Assembly (NCBI GenBank): GCA_963744995.1
Contig: CAVUWA010000003.1
Location: forward strand, 155,752-219,751
From: Candidatus Eiseniibacteriota bacterium
Lineage (GTDB): Bacteria > Eisenbacteria > RBG-16-71-46
DNA length: 64,000 bases
Reading direction: 5' to 3'
In this document: positions 12,680 to 23,635 of the stretch, in pieces
Layout of the letters: every line of letters starts with the position of its first letter
Numbering within the stretch: position 1 is the first letter of the stretch
Notes under the pieces: generated by a model
Seen by the model: the letters and a program-made list of their open reading frames with translations, nothing else
Database searches by the model: none
What the model was told of the DNA's origin: nothing
Program-made: the position numbers and the translations under genes

Positions 12680-13255
12680 CTACCGCGCGGCCAGAAACGC
12701 CAGCACGCGCTCGGTCAGCAGCGCCGTGGCCGCCGCATCGTACGAAGGTAGCGAGTTGTCGGCGAAATAATGCCGATCGCCGGGGTAGAGGAACAGCTCG
12801 GCCTCCTCGGCTTCTTCGATCAGCGCGCGCGCGGCGTCGAGGTCGCCTTCGCCGACGAAGATCGGGTCCGCGTCCATGCCGTGCACCTGCACCGGCACGC
12901 CTCTCGGCCAGGACGGCCCGAATTCCCCGAAAGGCACACAGGAATAGCAGAGCAGCGCCCCGCGCGCGCCGGGCCGGGTCTGAGCCAGCTTCTGCGCCGG
13001 GATCACCCCCAGCGAGAAGCCGGCATAGACCAGCTCCGCGGGCAGCGCCTCCGCCGCGCGCGTGCCACGCACGATCAGCTCCGGGAAGCCGACCCCCTCG
13101 ACGAAGCCCATGCCCTCCTCGATGCTGCCGAAAGTCCGACCCTCGAACAGATCGGGCGTGTGCACGATGTGGCCGGCGTCGCGCAGCGTGTCGGCGAACG
13201 AGCACACGCCAGGGGTCAGCCCCTGCGCGTGGTGGAACAGCAGAACCTCGGCCAT
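12680..13255 (-). CDS. Dienelactone hydrolase family protein
   Basis: LFHHAQGLTPG, GFSLG nucleophile motif, YPGDRHYF. Confidence 0.9.
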   Translation of the reverse strand: MAEVLLFHHAQGLTPGVCSFADTLRDAGHIVHTPDLFEGRTFGSIEEGMGFVEGVGFPELIVRGTRAAEALPAELVYAGFSLGVIPAQKLAQTRPGARGALLCYSCVPFGEFGPSWPRGVPVQVHGMDADPIFVGEGDLDAARALIEEAEEAELFLYPGDRHYFADNSLPSYDAAATALLTERVLAFLAAR

Positions 13256-13674
13256 CTCCCCCCCCCGTTCACGGGTTTCCACGATCCGCTCATACCGGCT
13301 TTCGAGACCCGGCACCGCCACAGAGTAAACCTCCGCCCGGAGCGAGGGTGAAGCCGGAGGATCGGGGCCGCGGGCCCCCTGGCGCCAGCGGCCATGCTTC
13401 GGTCTCCACCCGGCGGCCGCCCCTGCCGGACCAGCGGCATGGCGGGCCCGCCGCAGGGCACCCGGGATGCCCCCGCCGACGCTCCCGGGAATCGCCTTGC
13501 CCCTCCTCCCCGCCCTCCGCTATTTTCCCTCGTCCTTTCGGACCCGCCCCGCGGGGCCGCAAGCCATTGGAAAACCCGCTCGCCGGCGCGACGCGACCCC
13601 GTCCGCCGGCATTCGCTGGAAATCCCCCTCACCGGGGGATTCGGCCGTACCCGTCCCACCCGAAGGAGCATTTG

Positions 13675-16104
<2,430 letters not shown>

Positions 16105-16240
16105 GCCGCCTCCGGAGCCGGTCACCGGCGGGGAGGCCACGTGTTTTCGCAGACCAACACCGGGCCAATGTCCCCGGTGCCATGCGCAGCTCGCCGGGGA
16201 CCAGGCGGGCTGCGCAGTCTGCGGATACACGTGGTCGGGG

Positions 16241-17005
16241 GTGCGACTCTACGATCCCCGCCATTTCGCACTGCTCGGGGTCTTCCTGACGCCCGTGGTG
16301 CCGCTCTACCTCGCGGCGACCAACTGGGGCCGCATGGGAAGGCTCCGGCTGAAGTGGCTGTGGCTGGGATTCGGGCTCGCGGGCTTCGCGCTGGTGACGG
16401 TGGCACTCGTCGTGGCGTCGCCCGCATGGAGCACGGGGCAGCGGGCGCTCGCCATCGCCCTGCAGCTCGGCGTGGGATATGGGCTCGCCCTGCCCCAGCA
16501 GGCCGACTACGAGTCGGCCCTCCGGCTCGGCGCCCGGCGCGCATCGCTGATCAAGGGAGCCGCAGCCGGCGTGGCCCTCACGGTCGTCGCAATCGGCGTG
16601 TCGTTCGTTCTCGGCGTGGTGACCAAAGCCTCGATCGAGGGTTTCCGGTACCAGTACGCCAGCGACCTCGCAGCGCAGGCTCGGTACGAGCAGGCGATCG
16701 TCATTTTCGACGATCTCCTGCAATGGGATCCGGAATTCGACGATGCGCTCCTCGCTCGCTCGATCTGCTACGGCGCTCTGGAGCGGTGGGATGAGGCGGG
16801 TACGGGGCTCGACCTGTTCCTGACGCGGGAGCCGCGGAATCCGGATGCGCTCGGATTGCTCGCATCGTGCCGCGTCCAGCAGGGTCGGCAGGCCGAGGCC
16901 GAATCTCTGGCGGCCGTCGCGCGCGAACTGGACCCGCAGGTGTTCACGCGACTGGGATTCGATTTCGATTCGCTGGCCGGAGCGGAGAGCCCGGGCCCCC
17001 CTTGA
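16241..17005 (+). CDS. Membrane protein with C-terminal TPR repeats
   Basis: Several hydrophobic segments followed by TPR-like YEQAIVIFDDLLQWDP and EPRNPDALGLLA. Confidence 0.7.
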   Translation: MRLYDPRHFALLGVFLTPVVPLYLAATNWGRMGRLRLKWLWLGFGLAGFALVTVALVVASPAWSTGQRALAIALQLGVGYGLALPQQADYESALRLGARRASLIKGAAAGVALTVVAIGVSFVLGVVTKASIEGFRYQYASDLAAQARYEQAIVIFDDLLQWDPEFDDALLARSICYGALERWDEAGTGLDLFLTREPRNPDALGLLASCRVQQGRQAEAESLAAVARELDPQVFTRLGFDFDSLAGAESPGPP

Positions 17006-17105
17006 GCGCGGCCCGGGGGGCGCGGTCGCACAGCCGTCCGGCGGGGCATCTTCCTTGCGGCGCGACGCCGACAGGCCTCGCACCATGCGCCCGGCCCGCG
17101 GCCGC

Positions 17106-17459
17106 TCAGCCCGCGCGCGCCGCCTTGTAGATTTCGTCGGTCTTCGCGGCGATCACGAAGTCGTTCTCGTGCAGACCCTTGATTTTGTGGGTCCAGACCT
17201 CGACCTTCACCCGGCCCCACGCGAGGTGGATGTCGGGATGATGGTCCTCGCGCTCGGCGAGTTCGCCGACCTCCACCGTGAAGTCGAGGGCGGAACGAAA
17301 GTCGGGAAACTTGAATCCGCGGGTCAGGCGCGGCACGCCCTCGTGCGGCACGACCTGCCACTCGGGAACCTGTTGCTGCAGCGCGCGGATCCGCGCCTCG
17401 TCGAGCGGCGGCACATCGCCGCGGCACGGGACGCAGCGCGTGGCGGTGAGCTGATCCAT
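17106..17459 (-). CDS. phhB: 4a-hydroxytetrahydrobiopterin dehydratase (PCD)
   Basis: CVPCRG, DHHPDI, WTHKIKGLHENDFVIAAK. Confidence 0.92.
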   Translation of the reverse strand: MDQLTATRCVPCRGDVPPLDEARIRALQQQVPEWQVVPHEGVPRLTRGFKFPDFRSALDFTVEVGELAEREDHHPDIHLAWGRVKVEVWTHKIKGLHENDFVIAAKTDEIYKAARAG

Positions 17460-17648
17460 GAAACCTCCCGGGATGGGGTGTTCATCGCAGGCTACCACGA
17501 CGCCCCCGGGGCGGCGCGCCGCGCCCCCATGCCGCGGCTGGCGGCGGGTTTAGGGACTTCGGGCCGGGGTCGTTTTCCGACTTGCGCTCGGCGTCCGGAA
17601 CGCCGATATTTCCTCCGTCTTCCGGGCAGTCGAGGTCGCAGCACATCG

Positions 17649-17677
17649 AAACCGCCAGAAGCAGCGGCGGTTTTTTT
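17649..17677 (+). promoter_or_regulatory. Terminator-like hairpin within the cold-shock gene leader
   Basis: AAACCGCC-N9-GGCGGTTTTTTT, about 110 nt upstream of the csp start. Confidence 0.5.
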
Positions 17678-17788
17678 GTGATCCCGACGCTCCATCGGAA
17701 GAACCGATCTTCGGATCGGGAACACCGTCCTTGCGGGGCGGATTATCGCAGACCGGGCATTCGTGCCCGATTTACAAGGAGTACCGAA

Positions 17789-17992
17789 GTGGCCAGTGGC
17801 ACCGTGAAGTGGTTCAACGAGGCGAAGGGGTTCGGTTTCATCACCCAGCAGGACAGCCAGGAAGACGTTTTCGTGCACTTCTCCGCCATCCAGGGCGAGG
17901 GCTTCAAGACGCTCGCGGAAGGTGAGCAGGTGGACTTCGACGTCACCCGCGGTCCGAAGGGTCTCCAGGCGTCCAACGTCCGTAAGGCGTAA
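17789..17992 (+). CDS. csp: Cold-shock protein
   Basis: [15 protein letters not shown] (RNP1) and DVFVHFSAI (RNP2); GTG start with AAGGAG. Confidence 0.97.
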   Translation: MASGTVKWFNEAKGFGFITQQDSQEDVFVHFSAIQGEGFKTLAEGEQVDFDVTRGPKGLQASNVRKA

Positions 17993-18010
17993 TCGCTCCG
18001 GGTACCACCT

Positions 18011-18050
18011 CACGCGAAAAGGCGGCGCACACGCGCCGCCTTTCGTGTTT
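18011..18050 (+). terminator. Intrinsic terminator after csp
   Basis: AAAGGCGGCGC-acac-GCGCCGCCTTT followed by T-rich tail. Confidence 0.75.
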
Positions 18051-18146
18051 GCGCCGCGGACCCCGGCGCCGCTAGGTTCCGGGTTTCCGGCCGCGCCAGT
18101 GGCCGCCCGTGCTGTCGTTTCATCACTCATGAGCAGGAGATGCATC

Positions 18147-19937
18147 ATGCGGCTGTCTGCCCCCCCGCGCGTTCCCGCGCGCCGGCTGGCGTGGATGGCG
18201 CTGACCGTGGCCCTCGTCGTCCCGGGCCTCGCGACGCCAGCCTCCGTCGCCCATTCCGCCGATTCGGACGCGAGCTACGAGATCCATACGCTGTCGAACG
18301 GCATGAAAATCGTCCTCGTTCCGCGCCACCTCGCCCCGACCGTCTCGGGCGGCTGGGTCGCGCACGTCGGTTCGGTGAACGAGCGCCCGGGCATCACGGG
18401 CATCTCGCACCTCTTCGAGCACATGATGTTCAAAGGCACCCACGTCATCGGAACCCGCAACTACAAGAAGGACGTCGAGCTGATCGACAAGCAGGAGCAG
18501 ATCCGCGAGCAGATGCGCGCGGAGGTCTCCAAGCTGCGTGACGAGCGGCGCCGCGGCGAGATCGACGACATCACCGCACCCGAGAACAAGACGGCGCGCT
18601 ACAAGGAGCTCGAGAAGCAGTTCGACGCGCTGGTGGCGGAGCAGCGCGCCAACATGGTGAAGAACGAGTTCAACAACATCCTGCAGAACAACGGCGGCAC
18701 GTTCATCAACGCGTTCACCAACGACGACATGACGGTCTACTTCGAGACGCTGCCCGCCAACAAGCTCGAGCTGTGGTTCTGGATGGAGTCCGACCGGCTC
18801 AAGAACCGCGTGTTCCGCGAGTTCTACTCGGAGCGCGACGTGGTGTTCGAAGAGCGGCGCATGCGCACGGAGTCCACGCCGACCGGCAAGTTCCGCGAGT
18901 CGTTCGAGTCGATGTTCTGGACCTCGAGCCCCTACCACAACCCGACCGTCGGCTGGCCGAGCGACGTCGCCAACATCACCAAGGCGCAGGCCGACGACTA
19001 CTACGGCCTGTACTACGCGCCGCAGAATCTGACGGCCGTGCTGGTGGGCGACTTCGACCCGAAGACGACGCTGGCGATGGCCGAGAAGTACCTGGGCTCG
19101 ATTCCGGCCGGCAAGCGCCCGGCGCCCGAGATGATCACCACCGAGGTCAAGCAGCTCGCCGAGAAGCGCTTCTACGGCGAGGCCGAGACCAACCCGGCGG
19201 TGACGATCAAATACCACACGGTGCCGTTCGTGCACCGCGACGTGCCGACGCTCGAGGTGATCGCCGCCCTGCTCAACAGCCCGACCGGCCGGATCCAGCG
19301 CGAACTGGTGCTGGACCAGCAGGTCGCGACCAGCGGCAACGCCAATCAGGACTCGCGCAAGTACGAAGGCGCTTTCGACATCGAGGCCGAGGCGAAGGAA
19401 GGGAAGACGCCCGAGGACGTCGAGCAGGCGATCTATGCGCAGCTCGACCGGCTCAAGAAGGAGCCCGTCCCGGCGGACGAGCTGCAGAGCGTGAAGAACC
19501 GTTACCTGACCAGCGCCTACCGCCAGCTCGACGGCAACTTCCGCGTCATGCTGCGCTACCTGGTGGGCAGCGGGTTCGGCGATCTGGACGGCTTCCGGCA
19601 CGTCGAGGAAGGCGTGCAGAAGGTGGAGCCCGACGACATCATGCGGGTCGCCAACGCGTATTTCACGAAGGAGAACCGCGCGGTCGCGATCTGGACCCGC
19701 AAGGCCGGCACCGAGCCCGAGGACCCCGCGATCGCCGCGCTGCCGCCGCAGGCGAAGACGATGGTGAAGCAGGCGCTCACCCGGATCGAGTCCACGGACG
19801 ACCCGGACAAGCTGCAGCAGATGCTCGCCCAGATGTCGCAGATGGAAGGCCAGGTGCCGCCGGAGATGAAGCCTGCGATCCAGTACATCAAGGGACGCCT
19901 GGAAGCCCGCATCACCACGCTCTCGGATTCGAAGTGA
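18147..19937 (+). CDS. M16 (insulinase/pitrilysin) peptidase, catalytic subunit, secreted
   Basis: HLFEHMMFKGT (HxxEH), NAFT, ERDVVFEERR. Confidence 0.92.
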   Translation: MRLSAPPRVPARRLAWMALTVALVVPGLATPASVAHSADSDASYEIHTLSNGMKIVLVPRHLAPTVSGGWVAHVGSVNERPGITGISHLFEHMMFKGTHVIGTRNYKKDVELIDKQEQIREQMRAEVSKLRDERRRGEIDDITAPENKTARYKELEKQFDALVAEQRANMVKNEFNNILQNNGGTFINAFTNDDMTVYFETLPANKLELWFWMESDRLKNRVFREFYSERDVVFEERRMRTESTPTGKFRESFESMFWTSSPYHNPTVGWPSDVANITKAQADDYYGLYYAPQNLTAVLVGDFDPKTTLAMAEKYLGSIPAGKRPAPEMITTEVKQLAEKRFYGEAETNPAVTIKYHTVPFVHRDVPTLEVIAALLNSPTGRIQRELVLDQQVATSGNANQDSRKYEGAFDIEAEAKEGKTPEDVEQAIYAQLDRLKKEPVPADELQSVKNRYLTSAYRQLDGNFRVMLRYLVGSGFGDLDGFRHVEEGVQKVEPDDIMRVANAYFTKENRAVAIWTRKAGTEPEDPAIAALPPQAKTMVKQALTRIESTDDPDKLQQMLAQMSQMEGQVPPEMKPAIQYIKGRLEARITTLSDSK

Positions 19938-19948
19938 GGAGCCCCGAC

Positions 19949-21493
19949 ATGCGACGCCATATCACGACTTTCGCGACGCTGATCGCGGCGCTCGCGCTGG
20001 CGGCATCGCCGGCCCATGCGGCGAAGTTGCCCCAGCGTCCCGATCAGCTGAAGTATCCCGAACTCGACTACACGCCGCCCGCCGCCAAGGACTACCGCGT
20101 CGAACTGGCGAACGGCATGGTGGCCTACCTCGTCCCCGACCGCACGCTGCCGCTGGTCTCGATCGAGGTACTGATGCGTCTCGGCCCCGATCTCGATCCC
20201 GCAGGCAAGGAGGGGCTCGCCGGCGGCATGGTGCACCTGCTCACGCGCGGCGGCACCACGTCGAAGACCGCGAAAGAGTTGGAGGACCGCGTGGCCTACC
20301 TGGGCGCGGCGCTCAACTCGCGCATGGGCGGCGGCGGTGGCGGCTTCTTCGGCCCGGGCGGCGCGCCGCTCGGCGAGACCGAATCCGCGGCGAGCATCAA
20401 CCTGCTGTCCAAGGACGTGGACGAAGGCCTCGCGATCCTGGTGGACTGCCTGAAGAACCCGGCGTTCGAAAAAGACCGCGTCGAACTGGCGCGCCAGCAG
20501 GGGCTGCAGGACATCAAGCAGCGCAACGACGACAGCCGCACGATCGAAGGCTACGAGTGGAACTTTCTGATGGATGGCGAGAGCCACTGGAGCAACAAGC
20601 TCCCCACGCAGAAGTCGCTCGAGTCGATCACGCGCGAGGATCTGGAAGCCATGCACCGGCGCTACGTCGGCCCCGAGAACTTCCTGGTCACGGTCTCGGG
20701 CGACTTCGACCGCGATGCGATGATCCAGAAACTCAACGAGGCGTTCGCCGACTGGGGCTGGACGGCCGTGCGTCCCGGCCCGCCCGAGCCGCCGAGCGAA
20801 GCGCCTGAGCCGGGCTGGTACATGGTGGACAAGGACGTGAACCAGGGCCGCGTCACCATGGGCCTGCGCGCCCCCGACCGTTACGACCCCGACTACCAGG
20901 CGTTCCGGGTGATGAACGTGATCCTCGGTGGCGGCGGTTTCTCGTCGCGGCTGGTGAACCGGATCCGTTCGGACGAGGGCCTCGCCTACTCGGTGCGCTC
21001 GAGCTTCGACGGCGGCACGTACTACGACGGCGTCTGGCAGATCCGCTTCCAGTCGAAGGTGCGCTCGGTGCCGCAGGCGATGCAGATCGCGCTCGAAGAG
21101 ATGAAGAAGATCGTGGCCGAGCCGGTGAGCCAGAAGGAGATCGACCTTGCCCACAACCTGCTGATTCAGAGCATGCCCGCCGCCTTCGAGACGGCGAGCA
21201 GTATCGCCGGTGTGCTCGCGATGGAAGAGATGACGGGGCGCTACCAGAAGGATCCGAACTACTTCCGCGAGATGCGCGACCGCATCAACGCCGTGACGAT
21301 CGCCGACGTGCAGCGCGTGGCGAAGCGGCTGCTGGACCCGTCGAAGCTGGTGGTGCTCGCCGTGGGCGACACCGAAGAGATGATGAAGGGCGACCCGAAG
21401 GTGGACGTCAGCATCAAGACGCTCGCGGGCGGCGAGCCGACGTACCTGCCGCTGCGCGACCCGATGACGATGAAGCCGATGCCGAATCCATGA
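19949..21493 (+). CDS. M16 peptidase, non-catalytic partner subunit, secreted
   Basis: M16 fold, no HxxEH, ILGGGGFSSRLVNRIRSDEGLAY motif; signal peptide. Confidence 0.88.
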   Translation: MRRHITTFATLIAALALAASPAHAAKLPQRPDQLKYPELDYTPPAAKDYRVELANGMVAYLVPDRTLPLVSIEVLMRLGPDLDPAGKEGLAGGMVHLLTRGGTTSKTAKELEDRVAYLGAALNSRMGGGGGGFFGPGGAPLGETESAASINLLSKDVDEGLAILVDCLKNPAFEKDRVELARQQGLQDIKQRNDDSRTIEGYEWNFLMDGESHWSNKLPTQKSLESITREDLEAMHRRYVGPENFLVTVSGDFDRDAMIQKLNEAFADWGWTAVRPGPPEPPSEAPEPGWYMVDKDVNQGRVTMGLRAPDRYDPDYQAFRVMNVILGGGGFSSRLVNRIRSDEGLAYSVRSSFDGGTYYDGVWQIRFQSKVRSVPQAMQIALEEMKKIVAEPVSQKEIDLAHNLLIQSMPAAFETASSIAGVLAMEEMTGRYQKDPNYFREMRDRINAVTIADVQRVAKRLLDPSKLVVLAVGDTEEMMKGDPKVDVSIKTLAGGEPTYLPLRDPMTMKPMPNP

Positions 21494-21567
21494 AGTCGGC
21501 GACGGCCCCGGGCGCCCGCCCGGGGCCGTCGCCCGTTCCGCACCCCCCCGAAGTCCGCGGAGGACTG

Positions 21568-22149
21568 ATGCCCACCGAGAAAATCGTTCTGGCCGAAGGA
21601 TTCGCCTGCTCCGAAGCGGCGTCGTTCGTCGCGCAGCTCGACATGCTGACGTCCTCTATGTGGGAGGACGTCAGCAACGCCACGTCGGAGGAGCTGGAAT
21701 GGCAGCCGGCGCCGGGCATGAACACCATCGGCATGCTGCTCGCGCACATCGCGATCGTGGAGGTGTTCTGGATCGACTTCGGCGTCCGGGGCATGGAGCG
21801 TGACAAGACCACCGAGGAGGAAGTGCTGCAGATCGGCGGTGACGACGACGGCATGCCGCTCGAGGCCGGTGGTCCCCCGCCCGCCACACTCAAGGGCAAG
21901 GACATCGGCTTCTACGACGTGCTGCTGGTCAAGGCGCGTGCGCACACACACGATGTGGCGGCGAAGCTGGCCGATGCGGACTTCGAGCGCGAATTCCAGC
22001 GCACCTACCGCAACACCCCCGGCGTGGTGACCCACAACGTGCGCTGGGTGTTCTACCACATGCTGGAGCACCTGGCCGGCCACTACGGTCAGATCCTGAT
22101 GCTGCGGCACATGTACAAGGACCGCGTCGCGGCACGCGCCAGCGTCTGA
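21568..22149 (+). CDS. DinB/DUF664 family protein
   Basis: NTIGMLLAHIA and HMLEHLAGHYGQI; GGAGG RBS. Confidence 0.88.
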   Translation: MPTEKIVLAEGFACSEAASFVAQLDMLTSSMWEDVSNATSEELEWQPAPGMNTIGMLLAHIAIVEVFWIDFGVRGMERDKTTEEEVLQIGGDDDGMPLEAGGPPPATLKGKDIGFYDVLLVKARAHTHDVAAKLADADFEREFQRTYRNTPGVVTHNVRWVFYHMLEHLAGHYGQILMLRHMYKDRVAARASV

Positions 22150-22152
22150 ACG

Positions 22153-22190
22153 GAATGCGGCGCCCGCAGGCGGGGGCCGCATTTTCGTTT
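22153..22190 (+). terminator. Intrinsic terminator after dinB-family gene
   Basis: AATGCGGC...GCCGCATTTTCGTTT hairpin. Confidence 0.7.
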
Positions 22191-22268
22191 CGGCTCAAGT
22201 CCGTGCACCTGCGGGCCGACACTCTGTGCACATCGGGCGACAGCGTGAACGCCGCCCGCCACAGATTA

Positions 22269-22378
22269 TCGGGCCCGTCCCGCAGTCCGGCATGTCTCGC
22301 GAAAGCGCAAAAATACATCCGGCAGGCATGGGCCCGACCAGTTTCGGGCGGCGCACTTTCGAGTGCGCCGCCTTCGTG
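22269..22378. ncRNA. Candidate structured small RNA between convergent genes
   Basis: Long irregular hairpin closed by TCGGGCCC/GGGCCCGA with an inner GAAA tetraloop, followed by an 11-bp stem with a TTCG loop. Confidence 0.3.
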
Positions 22379-22460
22379 CGTTGCGCCAGGCAAGCCGGCC
22401 GTGATCACTCGCCCCGGGGCGGGTCACCAGTGCGCTCGCCCGTGAGGCGTTGCGCCACGT

Positions 22461-23609
22461 TCAAGCCTCGGCGACCAGCCCTTCGATCACGTCGAGCCCC
22501 GCGCTGAACACGTCCGGCTCGACGATCAGGCTCACCACCAGATGGGCCTCGTCTTCCATGTCGTAGAAGTGGCCCGGGTGCGTGACCACGCCGCGGCGCA
22601 GCAGCTCGAGCGCCCACTCTTCTTCGGTGCGCACGCGCGGCACGCGCAGAATCACGACCCAGCCGCCGGCGGCGGTGAGGCGCGACATGGCCGGCTGGGC
22701 GGCGACCGCGCGGTCGAGTCGCGCGAGATTGGTGTGGATGCGCTCCCTGACCGCCGCCTGGAACGGATGCCGGTTGGCGAGCAGCTCCGGCAGCGCCTGC
22801 TGTACCGGCCCGTTGACCGACAGGAACAGATCGGCGATCCACTCGAGGCCTTCAAGGAGCTGCCGCTTCTCGGGCTCGGGCCCCGCGACGACCATCCACG
22901 AGAGTTTGAGCTGCGGCAGTCCGCAGACTTTGGAAAGGCCGCTCAGAACGACCGTCGGCACGCGGCGCTCGGTGGCGAGAATCGTGCCCGCGCCCGGCAC
23001 GCTGTCCTTCCACGGGTAGTCGCTGAAGACCTCGTCCACGATCAGCACCGCGCCGGTGCGTGCGCACCAGTCCTCCACCTGCGCCAGCTCGCCGGGCGCG
23101 AGCCAGGTGCCGGTGGGGTGATTGGGCTGAACGATGATGACGCCGGCTGGATCATGCTTGGGAAGCGATGCCGGGTCGAAGTGCCACGCCCCGTCGTAGG
23201 CGAGTCGCCAGGTGTCGACCTGAACGGCCTCGACCTGTGCGATGGGCTCGAAGAGCGGGTAGCTGGGGCGTGGCGTGGCGAATTGCGCACCGGGTTCGCC
23301 GAGGAGGCGGAACAGGTGGGCGTAGGCCTCACTGGTGCTGGCGGTGAGGAGGAGGTCGTCCGGAACGACCGTTGCCCCTCGATCGCCGTAGTAGCGGGCG
23401 ATGGCCGCACGGGACGCGGCGGCCCCGCGAGGATCGGGAATGTGGGACGCCCCCAGTTGCTGTCGCGGAGCGCCATCCAGACCGTCACGGAGGTGCGAAG
23501 CGTCCGCGTCGGTGAGGTCGAGGAGAGAAGCACCGGAGCGACGGCGCGCAGCCAGCGACGCCGCCCATGGATTCGAGTGGCCCTGCGAGGGCAGTCTCGG
23601 CGGCTTCAT
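22461..23609 (-). CDS. PLP-dependent aminotransferase class I/II
   Basis: TASTSEAY, PSYPLF, QPNHPTG, DEVF, SGLSKVCGLP. Confidence 0.9.
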   Translation of the reverse strand: MKPPRLPSQGHSNPWAASLAARRRSGASLLDLTDADASHLRDGLDGAPRQQLGASHIPDPRGAAASRAAIARYYGDRGATVVPDDLLLTASTSEAYAHLFRLLGEPGAQFATPRPSYPLFEPIAQVEAVQVDTWRLAYDGAWHFDPASLPKHDPAGVIIVQPNHPTGTWLAPGELAQVEDWCARTGAVLIVDEVFSDYPWKDSVPGAGTILATERRVPTVVLSGLSKVCGLPQLKLSWMVVAGPEPEKRQLLEGLEWIADLFLSVNGPVQQALPELLANRHPFQAAVRERIHTNLARLDRAVAAQPAMSRLTAAGGWVVILRVPRVRTEEEWALELLRRGVVTHPGHFYDMEDEAHLVVSLIVEPDVFSAGLDVIEGLVAEA

Positions 23610-23635
23610 CAGGCCGGATGGGCGGAACGGGTGGG

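Noticed and set aside
12330..12680. Possible small ORF or gene remnant (MLPAGRSFILILVRAVIESLD) between the peroxiredoxin and hydrolase genes
   Set aside because: Short, with no recognisable family; cannot be supported from sequence alone.
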